IMG/VR virus record: IMGVR_UViG_3300025621_000007
Coordinates: 1-60,387 of that record
From: a virus
Taxonomy: Duplodnaviria; Caudoviricetes
Reading direction: 5' to 3' (one strand)
Length of the DNA: 60,387 nt
This document shows positions 42,079 to 53,668 of this stretch, one piece after another. Made by a program: the position numbers and the translations under genes. Position 1 is the first letter of the stretch; each line of letters opens with the position of its first letter. The notes under the pieces are model-generated. The model had not been told where the DNA came from and made no database searches. It was given only the letters and a program-made list of their open reading frames with translations.

Positions 42079-45000
42079 GTGAGCTCCTTTGATTTTATTG
42101 TAGATGTTGAAAAGAAAAAGCTTGTAAGCTCTTTCTACGCCACTAATTCAGCAACTGCTCCAGCCGTTGTTTTTGGTGATCTTTCTGGCATCAAGGTTAG
42201 GCTCGTCGAGCCCAGCGAAAGCGACACCCTCGTCTGGGATTACGTCCCGCTTGAGGGATACTCAATCCGAGTTGGCATAGGGGCTTTAACAGACGAAAAC
42301 CCGTCAGCCTATGTTGAACTAACCGAGGACATTCCTGCCCCGTCTGCATCAGTCACTAAAAAAAGGACCGGGGTTACCGACTCTGTCGGGGATTTGCAAA
42401 GAGCCGTTATATATAACGACCCGTATGAAGGCACGTTCCAGATCGGCGTCAATTCGGAGCAGACAGGACAAATAGGGATTTTCGATTCGGCGTCTGATAT
42501 ACAGGAAGCTATTGAATCCCTTTCTAGCATTGGGGCAGGCAACGTAACCGTTACAGGAAGCGCTTTGGATTTCTCTGTAGCATTCAACCGCAGCCTGGGA
42601 GAGGTCAGTTATCTTGAGGTATTTACAGACAACTTAATTGGCGTCTCAGGTAAGCAAGGAGAGCTTGATCTTAACGTCGGAGGAGTAGCAGCCCTGCTTG
42701 GTGATTTGGGTAGCGTTTCGACTACTCTGGAAATCGTTAAGTTTGATACTGTTAAAAGCAGCTCAGAGACGATTTTGCAGCTGCCGATTACCCTTACTCA
42801 GGACGTTATCCCGGATGTCCCTCCGAGCATCACTCCAACCCAGACTTATGCCTCGTCTTCTCATCAGCACGTTATTGCGGATATCATTGACTACGAGGAA
42901 AACTCAAATGTCGTTCTTAAAACAGACGACAACTTGAATGGCAACAGTTTCTTTCTTCCAGGTATTTCATTAACTACCTCCCCTAGTAGCGACAAGGTCG
43001 TTTCTGCGGCTGGGATTAAATCGTATGTCGATAGCCAGTCTTCTCTTTCAAGTGACCCTTCCCCTACTCTTTCTTTCGATCTCGAACTAAACGACAATTC
43101 CATTACCTCTTCTTCCGGGATCATTCGCTTGGATGGTGATGTGGATTTAGGCTCTTATGTTTTAAAAGGCGATCAAGAAGTCGATTTTACAAACAATACC
43201 GATGTATTGACCTACTCGGCTGATACGGGATTTGTTAGCTTGCAGAGAGCTGTCGGAAAAGTTGCTTTTGGTGAAACCTCTCCTGAATCCCCTGAGAATG
43301 GCGATGCTTGGTATGATACTAATGAAGGGCTTTTGTATGTCTATTATTCTGACGTAGATTCTTCTCAGTGGGTCACCGTATCTGCCACTGGAGAGCCTGG
43401 CGAAATTGGCGCGACTGGTCCGATTGGCCCAACCGGCCCAACCGGAGCAACTGGTCCCGAGGGCCCTGAAGGCCCAACTGGTCCAACCGGGCCCAAAGGC
43501 GATACAGGAGCAACCGGAGCAACTGGTTCAACTGGCGCAACTGGCGCAACTGGCCCTGAAGGTCCCGAAGGCCCAATCGGGGAAACAGGAGCCGGAGTCG
43601 AAGTTATTGGTTCTGTTTCTGATTCGACATCTCTTGACCCTTCATACGTAGGTGCTGTCGGTGATATGTTCATTGCTCAAGATAACGGCTATGGTCATGT
43701 CTGGAACGGCTCTGCTTGGGATGACGTCGGGCCAATTCAAGGCCCAAAAGGTGACCAAGGATCCTTAGGTCCAACTGGTCCTACTGGTCCATCTGGTCCA
43801 GTTGGCGCAACTGGGGGTTCAGGCCCACAGGGTCCGCAAGGAATTCAGGGCCCAAAAGGAAATACTGGATCGACAGGAGCAACTGGTTCAATCGGAGCCA
43901 CTGGTTCACAGGGGCCTCAGGGAATTCAGGGCGTCAAGGGTAACGTTGGTCCGGTTGGCGCACAGGGCATTCAAGGTGAGCAGGGCATCGAAGGAGAAGG
44001 CGGCGGGTTTTCATACACATCGGCAGGCTCGGTTTTGCGGATTACTAATGATCTAGGGGCAGATTACTCTTTAAATGGCACAACTGTTACCATCTCTACT
44101 GATCCAGGAATCAATTCTGGAGGCGGCGGCGGTGGCGGAGGAATATCTATTGTAGGCTCGATATCTACAGAATCTTCACTTACTTCTTCCTACATCGGGG
44201 ATATCGGCGATATGTTTATCGCTCAGGATACCGGTAATGGTCATGTCTGGGATGGTTTCGTATGGAACGATGTCGGGGCAATCAGGGGGCCTGCTGGCGC
44301 TAATGGTTCTAATGGTTCTGACGGATTACCAGGCATCAACGGTGCAGAAGGCCCCGCTGGTCTAACTGGTCCTGAGGGTCCTCGAGGCCTGGAGGGCCCT
44401 GAAGGCCCAACTGGCCCTCAAGGTGCTGCTGGAGTCAAGGGGGATACTGGCGCAACAGGAACACTCGGACCTGCTGGCCCCGAAGGCCCTGCTGGTCAAA
44501 CTGGAGCAACTGGCCCCACTGGCCCAACCGGAGCAACCGGCTCAACTGGCTCAACTGGCCCTAAAGGTGATACAGGCCCTGCTGGAGCTGACGGAGCTAC
44601 CGGACCAGCTGGGATTGACGGAACTGGGGTAACTGTAGTCGGCTCTGTATCTTCTTCTTCTTTTTTAAACCCATCATACGCTGGATCTGTCGGTGATATG
44701 TTCATTGCCCAGGATACTGGCTCTGGTCATGTCTGGGATGGATCTACTTGGAATAATGTTGGTCAAATACAGGGTCCCGCTGGAGTAACCGGACCGGTAG
44801 GTCCAACTGGCCCCCAAGGTGTCGATGGACCTACCGGTCCTGCTGGTCCCGAAGGTCCCGAAGGTCCCGCTGGAGCTAATGGTCTTAGTGGCCTCACTGG
44901 ACCCTCTGGCCCAACTGGTCCTGAAGGTCCCGAAGGCCCAACCGGCCCAACAGGGGAAACTGGCCCAGCTGGCCCAACTGGCGCAAAGGGCCCTGTTGGA

Positions 45001-47652
45001 GACACGGGTTTAACTGGTCTTGCTGGGGCTCCAGGTCCTGAAGGCCCAGCTGGATTTGATGGCGACATCGGTCCCGCAGGACCTCAGGGAGAAACTGGCC
45101 CAACCGGCGCAACTGGCCCCGCAGGAACTAATGGCATTAATGGAGTTGATGGGCAGGATGGCACTGGGGTAACTATAATCGGCTCCGTCCCTAGTTCTTC
45201 AGATTTAGAGGCCTCTTTCGCTGATATTTGGCAGCAGCTTGGGGAAGAGTTTAATGGAACGGCTTCGGGAGATAAGTTTGGCTCAAGTATAGATGTCAGT
45301 TCCGATGGCACTCGGATTGTTATCGGTTCACCTTTTGAAGGATCTGGTGAGGCGAGGGTTTATTCGTGGAACGGATCGTTTTGGTCACTCATGAATGGGG
45401 GGTTATTGGATACATCCTACGTCTTCCTTGGGAACGGCGAAGACCTGAATCCGTATGTAATTGGCGCGGATGTTTCAATTAGTGGTGATGGAAACACTAT
45501 AATGGTGGCTTGTTCTAATAGCATTTCTTCTGGAGATGGCCTTGTAGTTCGCCTTACATATGATGGTAATACTTGGACGCGCCAGGGTATGTGCGGTTTC
45601 GGTAGTCTTTATTACGGATTTACTTACGTTAAGCTTAGTGCAGACGGGGCAAAGACAATTACGATGATTAAGTCGCCCGGCAGCCCGCAACCTCGCGAGT
45701 GCATCATGTTTGACACGGTTGATTTGGATACAAATTGCCGAGCCAATTCTAGAATTGATGACCCGCCCTCATTCACTGTGGATATGAGTGCTGATGCGGC
45801 TAACATTAATGGTGACGGCACGGTTGTGGTTGTTAGTGAGAAGCTAGCAACTCGCAATGGTTTTACAAATGCCGGCGAAGTGAGAGCTTATAATGTTTCT
45901 GGCACTACGGTTACGCAGCGCGGTCAGTTTATATCCGGAACAACCCAGGATATGAAGTTGGGGGAGGGTGTGGACGTAGATTCTTCTGGAAATAGGATCG
46001 CCATGACTTGCGGATCAGGCGTTAGGGTTTATGATCTAACTGACGGGCTGTGGGTTCAGGCGGGGCTAGACATAGCTGTTGGGGTGGAAATCGCCACAGA
46101 TTGTGTCCTTAGCAATGATGGTCTTAAATTGAGCGCACGTTTTGGGGCTGATGGCATTTACACTTTCGAGTGGATTGCAGGGGCGTGGGTGCAGGCAGGC
46201 GCGAATTCGGTTACTTACGGCTCTGTTTATGAACTACCTAGCAACAGAGACAAGATCAGCTCTAGCTTGGCTATATCTGGCGATGGCTTGACTCTTGCTG
46301 TTGGAGATCCGCAAACCGGCAACGGCACTGTGGAGACATACCAATCAGGGGGAACGCTTCTCGGTTCAGTTGCTGATTTTGCTAGTCTTCCTGCTGAATC
46401 TTCAATGGGAGACCTGTGGGTCACTCTGGACACAGATGATGGTTGGGTTAGTGACGGCGCAGGTGCTTGGACTAATATAGGGAGCGTAACTCAATATACT
46501 GGTGATGCTGGCGATATGTTTATCGTTCAAGATACGGGCAACGGTTATGTCTGGAACGGCTCTGCTTGGGATGACGTCGGGCCAATTCAAGGTCCCGCTG
46601 GAACACCTGGCACACCCGGAGCAACTGGCCCCACTGGCCCCACTGGCGCAACTGGAAATACTGGACAAACTGGTGCAAAAGGAAATCCCGGACAAACTGG
46701 AGCAACTGGGGCAACTGGCCAAAAAGGCGATCAAGGACCAAGAGGCTTTGTCGGAGAAACCGGGCCTAAGGGAGATAAAGGCGATCAAGGTAATGTTGGA
46801 TCTCAGGGGATTCAGGGAATACAAGGCTCTAAAGGCGCAAAAGGAGATCCTGGTCAAACTGGAGCAACCGGACCTGAAGGTCCCGCTGGAGCTGATGGCT
46901 CTCAAGGAGAAACCGGAGCTAAGGGCGATAAAGGAGATCCTGGTCAAACTGGAGCAACCGGACCTGAAGGTCCAAGTGGAGCTGACGGAACTGGAGTAAT
47001 TATAGTCGGTTCTGTATCTTCTTCTTCTTCTTTAAACCCTTCATACTCTGGATCTGTCGGTGATATGTTTATCGCTCAAGATACGGGCAACGGTCATCTC
47101 TGGGACGGATCTACTTGGGATGACGTAGGGCCAATTCAAGGGCCTGCTGGAGCAACCGGACCTGAAGGTCCCGCTGGAGCTGATGGCTCTCAAGGAGAAA
47201 CCGGAGCTAAAGGCGATAAAGGAGATCAAGGCAATCAAGGCGTAATCGGACCTGAAGGTCCCGTTGGAGCTGTTGGCTCTCAAGGAGAAACCGGAGCTAA
47301 GGGCGATAAAGGCGATCAAGGCAATCAAGGCGTAATCGGACCAGATGGCGTTAAGGGCGACAAGGGCGATCAAGGTGATGTCGGACCAGATGGCGTTAAG
47401 GGCGATAAGGGTGATAAGGGGGATGTAGGATCAACTGGCCCCGCTGGCTCAACTGGATCAGCTGGAGCAGACAGCACAGTCCCTGGTCCAACAGGCCCCG
47501 AAGGTCCTCAAGGCCCCGAGGGTCCAGAAGGTCCAGAAGGTCCGCAAGGCTCTCTTGTGGGTGCTTACACGGTAAACGGAAGCATCTTGACTTTGTCCAA
47601 TGTTTCTGCTGAGTTCTTGGTCACTGGGTCAACATTAAAAATCACTTTCTAA
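42079..47652 (+). CDS. Collagen-like tail fibre with repeated [10 protein letters not shown] knob domains and an inserted beta-propeller
   Basis: Extensive Gly-X-Y tracts; five GDMF[IV].QD.G.G.VW.G..W repeats; FG-GAP-like blades (S.DG....IG.P). Confidence 0.85.
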   Translation: MSSFDFIVDVEKKKLVSSFYATNSATAPAVVFGDLSGIKVRLVEPSESDTLVWDYVPLEGYSIRVGIGALTDENPSAYVELTEDIPAPSASVTKKRTGVTDSVGDLQRAVIYNDPYEGTFQIGVNSEQTGQIGIFDSASDIQEAIESLSSIGAGNVTVTGSALDFSVAFNRSLGEVSYLEVFTDNLIGVSGKQGELDLNVGGVAALLGDLGSVSTTLEIVKFDTVKSSSETILQLPITLTQDVIPDVPPSITPTQTYASSSHQHVIADIIDYEENSNVVLKTDDNLNGNSFFLPGISLTTSPSSDKVVSAAGIKSYVDSQSSLSSDPSPTLSFDLELNDNSITSSSGIIRLDGDVDLGSYVLKGDQEVDFTNNTDVLTYSADTGFVSLQRAVGKVAFGETSPESPENGDAWYDTNEGLLYVYYSDVDSSQWVTVSATGEPGEIGATGPIGPTGPTGATGPEGPEGPTGPTGPKGDTGATGATGSTGATGATGPEGPEGPIGETGAGVEVIGSVSDSTSLDPSYVGAVGDMFIAQDNGYGHVWNGSAWDDVGPIQGPKGDQGSLGPTGPTGPSGPVGATGGSGPQGPQGIQGPKGNTGSTGATGSIGATGSQGPQGIQGVKGNVGPVGAQGIQGEQGIEGEGGGFSYTSAGSVLRITNDLGADYSLNGTTVTISTDPGINSGGGGGGGGISIVGSISTESSLTSSYIGDIGDMFIAQDTGNGHVWDGFVWNDVGAIRGPAGANGSNGSDGLPGINGAEGPAGLTGPEGPRGLEGPEGPTGPQGAAGVKGDTGATGTLGPAGPEGPAGQTGATGPTGPTGATGSTGSTGPKGDTGPAGADGATGPAGIDGTGVTVVGSVSSSSFLNPSYAGSVGDMFIAQDTGSGHVWDGSTWNNVGQIQGPAGVTGPVGPTGPQGVDGPTGPAGPEGPEGPAGANGLSGLTGPSGPTGPEGPEGPTGPTGETGPAGPTGAKGPVGDTGLTGLAGAPGPEGPAGFDGDIGPAGPQGETGPTGATGPAGTNGINGVDGQDGTGVTIIGSVPSSSDLEASFADIWQQLGEEFNGTASGDKFGSSIDVSSDGTRIVIGSPFEGSGEARVYSWNGSFWSLMNGGLLDTSYVFLGNGEDLNPYVIGADVSISGDGNTIMVACSNSISSGDGLVVRLTYDGNTWTRQGMCGFGSLYYGFTYVKLSADGAKTITMIKSPGSPQPRECIMFDTVDLDTNCRANSRIDDPPSFTVDMSADAANINGDGTVVVVSEKLATRNGFTNAGEVRAYNVSGTTVTQRGQFISGTTQDMKLGEGVDVDSSGNRIAMTCGSGVRVYDLTDGLWVQAGLDIAVGVEIATDCVLSNDGLKLSARFGADGIYTFEWIAGAWVQAGANSVTYGSVYELPSNRDKISSSLAISGDGLTLAVGDPQTGNGTVETYQSGGTLLGSVADFASLPAESSMGDLWVTLDTDDGWVSDGAGAWTNIGSVTQYTGDAGDMFIVQDTGNGYVWNGSAWDDVGPIQGPAGTPGTPGATGPTGPTGATGNTGQTGAKGNPGQTGATGATGQKGDQGPRGFVGETGPKGDKGDQGNVGSQGIQGIQGSKGAKGDPGQTGATGPEGPAGADGSQGETGAKGDKGDPGQTGATGPEGPSGADGTGVIIVGSVSSSSSLNPSYSGSVGDMFIAQDTGNGHLWDGSTWDDVGPIQGPAGATGPEGPAGADGSQGETGAKGDKGDQGNQGVIGPEGPVGAVGSQGETGAKGDKGDQGNQGVIGPDGVKGDKGDQGDVGPDGVKGDKGDKGDVGSTGPAGSTGSAGADSTVPGPTGPEGPQGPEGPEGPEGPQGSLVGAYTVNGSILTLSNVSAEFLVTGSTLKITF

Positions 47653-49974
47653 ATGTCTCAACAAATAGATCTATCTCAGATAGAAAACATCGTTGTCAAC
47701 GGACAAAGTATCCGTGAGCTTATTCTTGAAAGTGAGCTCCTGTGGACGCGTGGAGCAGATCCCAGCTCGTTTTTAGCCAAAAACTACGTATATAGAGACG
47801 GCCCACAAGAGAGCCCCAAATTCAATTCTGTAGCTCCTGTTGCTCCCGAATCAGTTCTTTCAGGTAGACCCTTTGCAAGCCCACAACCGCAGGGAAACGA
47901 CTATATAAGAATGTCAAAAGACGGGAAGGTGGCTTTAATCAATTTCGACTTCAATAAGCTTATTGTCTTGGAAAGGCCGAATACCGATGCAGCATGGGCT
48001 GTTCGTGGGGATGACCCATACCTAGATATAGGTGTCTCGGGGAACTACCTATACTCTGGGCAAGACACAACAGGATCAGACCCCAATAGCATCATCCTAC
48101 TCGGTGATCCGATCGGCTACCTTAGAGATAGTGATCGCGGCAGGTATGAAAAAACCGTGTTTGATATCAACCATGATGCCAGCACTATAGCGGTCTTTAG
48201 ACGCGACCCAACCACCGTAGATGGCTATAATTCTGCCAGAGTCGATATCTACAACTGGAGCCCTTCCGCCAACGCCGAGTATTTACTAACCCAAAGCATC
48301 CCCCTAACGGTTGACCCAAATTTAAATTCAAACGCAGACGGAACCGAATTTTTGTTCAAACAGACTAGCTACAATCCACCGTTTCCTGAAGTATATTTGA
48401 GTTTTTGCCACACAAGAAATATGTTTGCTATTACTGGAAAAAATTCAGTCAAGGTATTTCAAGAGTTCGGGGGCAACGGGGGCGAGACACCGATTTTTGG
48501 CACGTTCTATCAAATGGGCGAAGACGTCCCTGTTGGTGACCGATTAATCCATGGCGTTTCTATGGCAGATGGCGTTGGGGATTTAAATACCCCGGAGGAA
48601 GCTGTTCTTGCGGTCACAAGTATTAACTTGGATCCTTTGACATATTACAAGTCTGGTCAAGTTGATGTGTTTAGGCTGGAGAGAAACGACAATATTTTTT
48701 CCTGGGTCAGAAAAGGGGACCCTTATAATTCAGGGGATGTTGGAATGAATTCATACGGTCTACATTCCACCAATACCACTGACTTATATTATGTCCCCCC
48801 ACCGATTGTTGAGACGCAGGATACTTACACTGGATCAGATAAATCCACCCGCTGGAGACACTACGCTCGGCCAACTCCTGGGTCGCCTAACACTAAGCTG
48901 TCGGTCCCTTATCCAGTTCCAGTCAAAGTTCCCACGTTAAGCAAAGATGGCAACCGTCTCCTCGCGGCAGACCCCTCTCATCGGCACGCGGCGGTTTATA
49001 TACTTGAGCTCGGTGTGTACAGCACGAAACTTGCTTGGAAAGTCATATCTCAGGTCGATACCACTATAAACTCAGGTTATACGGACTCGACTCATACAAT
49101 AGTTAGGCCTAGAGGGACGACGCTAGCAATCGCGGCTAGCGATGATTTATCTTTTTTTACCTGCTTAAATTACTCCGACAACGGCCCTTGGAGATTTAGA
49201 CTGATAAACAGCTTAGGAAACCCTACCTCAACCGGGAGTTCATACATTAACGCGGGAACTTGGGACGATCGAGTAGAAGCCATGCCGCACACATTCGCGG
49301 TAGTCTCTTATTTTCAAAATTCAGCTTCTGAATGGAGAAGAAATCAGCCAGTCAAAGCGGAAAACGACGACGCACTTGTCATTAATGGGAACAGTCAGCG
49401 ATGGAATAATGGGAACGTCTTACCAGGCGCTGCTATTCGGAGCTGGTGTCACGAAAATGACGAACGTCACGATGAAGAGCTAACCAACACCACCCTAAAA
49501 AGTGAAGCCCTCGCCTATAGAAACCCTTGGTGGCTATACAATGGTGGCGGCTTATGTTCCGATAGCACGGGAGAAAATATCGCGTTTATGTCTCGATACG
49601 CTGGCTCCGGAGAAAGTGCAAGGGGGGTGCTAACGGACTCAATTCTAAGAAGTTATAAAAATGAGCCTTGGTATTCACTGGTAGCTAACAGACTAACCGT
49701 CTTTGAAGGCGCACCTGTTACAATAACGCTGAAAACCAGAGGTGTAGCTAATGATACAGATCTCCCATATACTATTACAGGCATTGAAAATGCAGATATC
49801 CTAGAACCTAAAACAGGCATTTTTACAGTTTCTAATAACAGAGCTTACGTCACAATTAACTCTGTAGCAGATTCTTCTTCAGAGGGGGCCCAAACCATGA
49901 CGCTTTCTTTAGATAATGGAGAAGCTAATGTTGCAATAACTATTGTCGATTCATCAACCGATTCATCAACCTAA
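47653..49974 (+). CDS. Receptor-binding/tailspike-like beta-propeller protein
   Basis: N-terminal IDLSQIENIVVNG...LW adaptor; MSKDG/LSKDG blades; C-terminal Calx-beta-like domain. Confidence 0.6.
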   Translation: MSQQIDLSQIENIVVNGQSIRELILESELLWTRGADPSSFLAKNYVYRDGPQESPKFNSVAPVAPESVLSGRPFASPQPQGNDYIRMSKDGKVALINFDFNKLIVLERPNTDAAWAVRGDDPYLDIGVSGNYLYSGQDTTGSDPNSIILLGDPIGYLRDSDRGRYEKTVFDINHDASTIAVFRRDPTTVDGYNSARVDIYNWSPSANAEYLLTQSIPLTVDPNLNSNADGTEFLFKQTSYNPPFPEVYLSFCHTRNMFAITGKNSVKVFQEFGGNGGETPIFGTFYQMGEDVPVGDRLIHGVSMADGVGDLNTPEEAVLAVTSINLDPLTYYKSGQVDVFRLERNDNIFSWVRKGDPYNSGDVGMNSYGLHSTNTTDLYYVPPPIVETQDTYTGSDKSTRWRHYARPTPGSPNTKLSVPYPVPVKVPTLSKDGNRLLAADPSHRHAAVYILELGVYSTKLAWKVISQVDTTINSGYTDSTHTIVRPRGTTLAIAASDDLSFFTCLNYSDNGPWRFRLINSLGNPTSTGSSYINAGTWDDRVEAMPHTFAVVSYFQNSASEWRRNQPVKAENDDALVINGNSQRWNNGNVLPGAAIRSWCHENDERHDEELTNTTLKSEALAYRNPWWLYNGGGLCSDSTGENIAFMSRYAGSGESARGVLTDSILRSYKNEPWYSLVANRLTVFEGAPVTITLKTRGVANDTDLPYTITGIENADILEPKTGIFTVSNNRAYVTINSVADSSSEGAQTMTLSLDNGEANVAITIVDSSTDSST

Positions 49975-49976
49975 TC

Positions 49977-52400
49977 ATGGGAACAATTCAAGAAATAGAC
50001 TTTAGCAATGTCGAATCCGTAGTCAAAGATGGAATCAGCTTAACTGAATTGGTCGTCGACGGCGTGACCATTTGGAACTCCGCTTACCTCGGTAAGTTGT
50101 GGCAGCAGATCGGATCAGATGTAAATGGCGGCGATAATGGTGGCGAGCTTGCATATAGAGATCTAGCTGGCTTTTCTGTTTCCATAAGCAAATCAGGAAC
50201 CAGAGTCGCTGTTTCAAGCCCTAGTTACGTCGTTAATGAGCCTTTAGTCGAAAGGCCCAACCGTTTTAGTGACAATAGCACAGGACAAAACGTTTTAGGT
50301 AGCGTAACTGTTTATGACTGGAACGGCACAAATTGGTCTCCTATGGAGATAGCTGATTCACGGCACGTCTCTTTCAAGGATAACAATGGGCTTACTACAG
50401 GATTCGGTCTTAGCGCTGAGTTAGATTACCAAAACGAGCAGCGTTACAATCCATTTAGGCTTAATCCTAGCGTTGCTCATTTTTGGAACCTTCAGGCTTA
50501 TAGGGCCGGCCAATATACATACCCCTCAAGCGGCATTGTATCTAGCTATGGTGGTTCGAACGATAACAAAACCCACCCTTCTCTTCTATTCGGTCAGGCT
50601 ATGGATATGAGTGATGATGGTGACCATCTCGTAATTGCTTCTAGAGGAAGTCACTCGGCTCATATTAACCCGGAACGACAGAGAGACAGGGAGTGCGGTT
50701 ACTTGTCTTATTGGAAAGCCGAGGATATAGACGGCACTAAAAAATGGGCCCTTAAAGGGCTCGCTTATGATTTCAACTACATCTCAGAAGCTAATAGTTT
50801 TGTTTCTCCATTCGAAGAACCACAGTATCACAGCAGCAACCCGGGCGTAGGGGAAACGGTAAAAATAAGCCGTGATGGCTCTGTTATCGCTGTGGTCAAT
50901 TCTAATGGGCAAGCATGGGTAGTGAAGTCGGAAACTGGGAGCCAATCTTTGACTTTAGACTCAGGTGAAGTCAGCTCCAGTGAAATTTATCATGGTTTGC
51001 ATCCAGACTTACCTTTGGCAACCTGGGAAACAGGAGAGATGAAGCCCGCACATAGCTTATCAGCCAAAACAATGGTAAAGTTCAAGCTGGCTAATTACTC
51101 TACAAGTGTTGATGGAAGCAATAGCAGTAGCCCGTATTCCGAGGCGATGGCAGAAGCCAATTATAACATCATAGACCCCCAGTCATCGCAGCACAAATAT
51201 ATAGCCTCTGTTGTCGGCTGGGAAGATGGTGATTTGATTCCTCTCCAAAAAAGGGGATCTTATCGCGGCATCAATTATTTCATAGCTTACGCTCGTTTGA
51301 GCGATGGAACCATTCAGGCAATGAGGTTCCCATTGAACAGCACCTCCGAGTTCACTGATATTTCTTACGATTTCGAAGAACCTTATGCGGCCCCGAGCCA
51401 CCATGTGTTATCTGAATCGGGCGTTCGGGACATTGCCATCAATGGTGATGGTCGTATTTGCGTTGTTAGCAGGAACGTTACGAGAGGCGGGTTACCCAAC
51501 TCTGGAGAGGTGTCGGTCTATAGAACTGCATTTGGGGAATATAAAAACGAAGACGGTAGTTTAAGAAGTTTTGACTACCCCACTAAAGTAGGCCTGAGTA
51601 TTAACGCAGAGCGTTACAGTGGATTTGAAGAAGACTCCCTCTTTGGTGATCGACTAGCTATGGACGGTTCTGGGCTAACGTTCGCCGGGACAATATACAA
51701 ATCAGGAAAGCTTTATGCTAGAACCTACAAGCTGGGGGCAAGCGGTTCCGGGAACCCCGACACCGACGCAGGCAGGCTTGGGGTAGACACTTACACCCAA
51801 GTCGGCAACGATATACCTTTGTTTGTAGCGGAGTTCGGCAATACCCAACAAATAACCTCTTTTGAAATGAGCGCTGATGGGCTAACTATTAGCGCTCAGA
51901 TTGACGGCTATATTTGGCCAAGTCCCTACAAGAATTCTGACTTCTCGAACGTCTACATTTCTACTTATGCCACTGGGGTTATGCTCCCTTATGATACGAA
52001 CGAGCCCGCAACGCAGTCCATTTCCGCGTCAACTGCGACACTTGTTTATCGATGGAGCGGATCTAGCTGGGGGCTCCTTGGCCGAGAAATAAAATATGCG
52101 AAATCTTTTGATGGGGTTAGCTCTATTGAAGCTAAGTCTGGAAACGTCTTTTATAATGGTCAAAGTGTCAGCCAACTCCCTGTCGTCGGGGACAGAATTA
52201 GAATTGGACCAAATACAACTGTATTTCCAGCAAGAGTTGACTCTTCTGCCCCAATTAATACCGGCAGTATTCTTTCGGCTTTAAACCCGCGCAACACAAG
52301 TGACATTTCTGAAGATGGCAGTGTCGTTTGCTCAGGCAAACCTTTAAACGACATGAGCGGCTTCGGCTCAGGCGCACACTCTACCTTTGAACTAAGATAA
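49977..52400 (+). CDS. Receptor-binding beta-propeller protein
   Basis: Same N-terminal adaptor; WQQIGSD..G, GFSVSIS..G, MSDDG, ISRDG blades. Confidence 0.6.
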   Translation: MGTIQEIDFSNVESVVKDGISLTELVVDGVTIWNSAYLGKLWQQIGSDVNGGDNGGELAYRDLAGFSVSISKSGTRVAVSSPSYVVNEPLVERPNRFSDNSTGQNVLGSVTVYDWNGTNWSPMEIADSRHVSFKDNNGLTTGFGLSAELDYQNEQRYNPFRLNPSVAHFWNLQAYRAGQYTYPSSGIVSSYGGSNDNKTHPSLLFGQAMDMSDDGDHLVIASRGSHSAHINPERQRDRECGYLSYWKAEDIDGTKKWALKGLAYDFNYISEANSFVSPFEEPQYHSSNPGVGETVKISRDGSVIAVVNSNGQAWVVKSETGSQSLTLDSGEVSSSEIYHGLHPDLPLATWETGEMKPAHSLSAKTMVKFKLANYSTSVDGSNSSSPYSEAMAEANYNIIDPQSSQHKYIASVVGWEDGDLIPLQKRGSYRGINYFIAYARLSDGTIQAMRFPLNSTSEFTDISYDFEEPYAAPSHHVLSESGVRDIAINGDGRICVVSRNVTRGGLPNSGEVSVYRTAFGEYKNEDGSLRSFDYPTKVGLSINAERYSGFEEDSLFGDRLAMDGSGLTFAGTIYKSGKLYARTYKLGASGSGNPDTDAGRLGVDTYTQVGNDIPLFVAEFGNTQQITSFEMSADGLTISAQIDGYIWPSPYKNSDFSNVYISTYATGVMLPYDTNEPATQSISASTATLVYRWSGSSWGLLGREIKYAKSFDGVSSIEAKSGNVFYNGQSVSQLPVVGDRIRIGPNTTVFPARVDSSAPINTGSILSALNPRNTSDISEDGSVVCSGKPLNDMSGFGSGAHSTFELR

Positions 52401-52404
52401 TATT

Positions 52405-53166
52405 ATGGCACTAGATTTCCCAATAAACCCATCTGTAAACGATACTCATGAATATGAGTCTAAGTCCTGGATCTTCAACGGTAAAGCGTGGGTCTTTAAC
52501 CCTGCGATAGGCGCTACAGGTCCGATGGGCCCTGCTGGACCAGCAGGTCAAGGTATCAGGATCGCTGGAACAGTCGCTACAAGTGCTGATTTAGAAACCC
52601 CTTATTCTGGAACTAGTGGCGATATGTTTATCGCCCAAGACACTGGGAATGGTCACGTCTGGAATGAGCTCATTCAACTTGCAGACGACTTGTTTTCTGG
52701 TAATACTTGGACTGATATCGGTCCTATTCGTGGTCCAGCAGGTCCAGCAGGCGACTCATGGAATAATATGCCTTCAGAGATGAGCTCAGTCTTAGCTAGT
52801 GATGGCTCAGGGGATGGAGTTACTGACCTGATGACCCTTATGGGCACAGGATCAAGCTCAACCAATAACGAAAGCAACAACTTCACAGCAACACTCACGC
52901 AGGACATTTTTAGCATCAAGATCATCGGGATACAGTCTGGCATTAATGGTGAAGATTACATTGGCTCAAGTGGTCTTATAGAAGTAACGCAAGACGCAAC
53001 AGGAGGCCATGTAATCTCTCCACAACATCCGCTAAATATCGTGATGTCGGGAGATCCCGTTAATATGTCACTGATCACTCCAGAAACGGGGGCAGGCACG
53101 ATTGGCTGGTATAAATACGGGGCTGATGCGGCGGCACTTTATCTATACTTCAGCGATGTAACTTAA
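52405..53166 (+). CDS. Short collagen fibre protein with the same knob repeat
   Basis: MALDFPINP...W.FNGKAW; GPxGPAG; [15 protein letters not shown]. Confidence 0.7.
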   Translation: MALDFPINPSVNDTHEYESKSWIFNGKAWVFNPAIGATGPMGPAGPAGQGIRIAGTVATSADLETPYSGTSGDMFIAQDTGNGHVWNELIQLADDLFSGNTWTDIGPIRGPAGPAGDSWNNMPSEMSSVLASDGSGDGVTDLMTLMGTGSSSTNNESNNFTATLTQDIFSIKIIGIQSGINGEDYIGSSGLIEVTQDATGGHVISPQHPLNIVMSGDPVNMSLITPETGAGTIGWYKYGADAAALYLYFSDVT

Positions 53167-53173
53167 TAATACA

Positions 53174-53668
53174 ATGAATTACCAACTAATCAAACTTAGC
53201 CCCCTAAAAGTTCAGAGAAGCTTAAATGGGCTTCCTTCATCAATTACTAGAACTGAAGGTCGAGCGGTCCCTTCTGTTCCATACGGATACAAATATGTAG
53301 AAGACTTCCCTCTCCCTGAAGCGCCTGCTGATGATGGGTTCTTTTGGTCAAGAGTTTTAACTGAAGACGCTTATAATTGGGCGCAAGCCCCTCTTCCTAC
53401 TACGGGATGGCATTCCCAACCGGCTTGGCGTGTCCGCGCTGTTGTTAAGGCTACTCCATTTGGTGCTGAGACTCTAATGGACGCGGTAATTACCGCGATA
53501 GCTTCTATAACTGACCCTCTAGAGCAATCTGTAGCAGAAGAGGCTTTCTTTGGTGGCAATGTCCTCGAGCGAAACTCTGCACTTCTTCTTAGTATGGCGG
53601 CTTCAATCCCGTTGACTGATGCGGAACTAGACACAATATTCCAGCAAGCTGACGCCATTGAGGTATGA
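53174..53668 (+). CDS. Fibre accessory/chaperone-like protein
   Basis: C-terminal R.S.LL..MA....LTDAELD.IF..A typical of fibre-adjacent proteins. Confidence 0.5.
   Translation: MNYQLIKLSPLKVQRSLNGLPSSITRTEGRAVPSVPYGYKYVEDFPLPEAPADDGFFWSRVLTEDAYNWAQAPLPTTGWHSQPAWRVRAVVKATPFGAETLMDAVITAIASITDPLEQSVAEEAFFGGNVLERNSALLLSMAASIPLTDAELDTIFQQADAIEV

Noticed and set aside
43365-47373. Alternative-frame and antisense ORFs in the collagen gene
   Set aside because: Artefacts of Gly-X-Y codon periodicity
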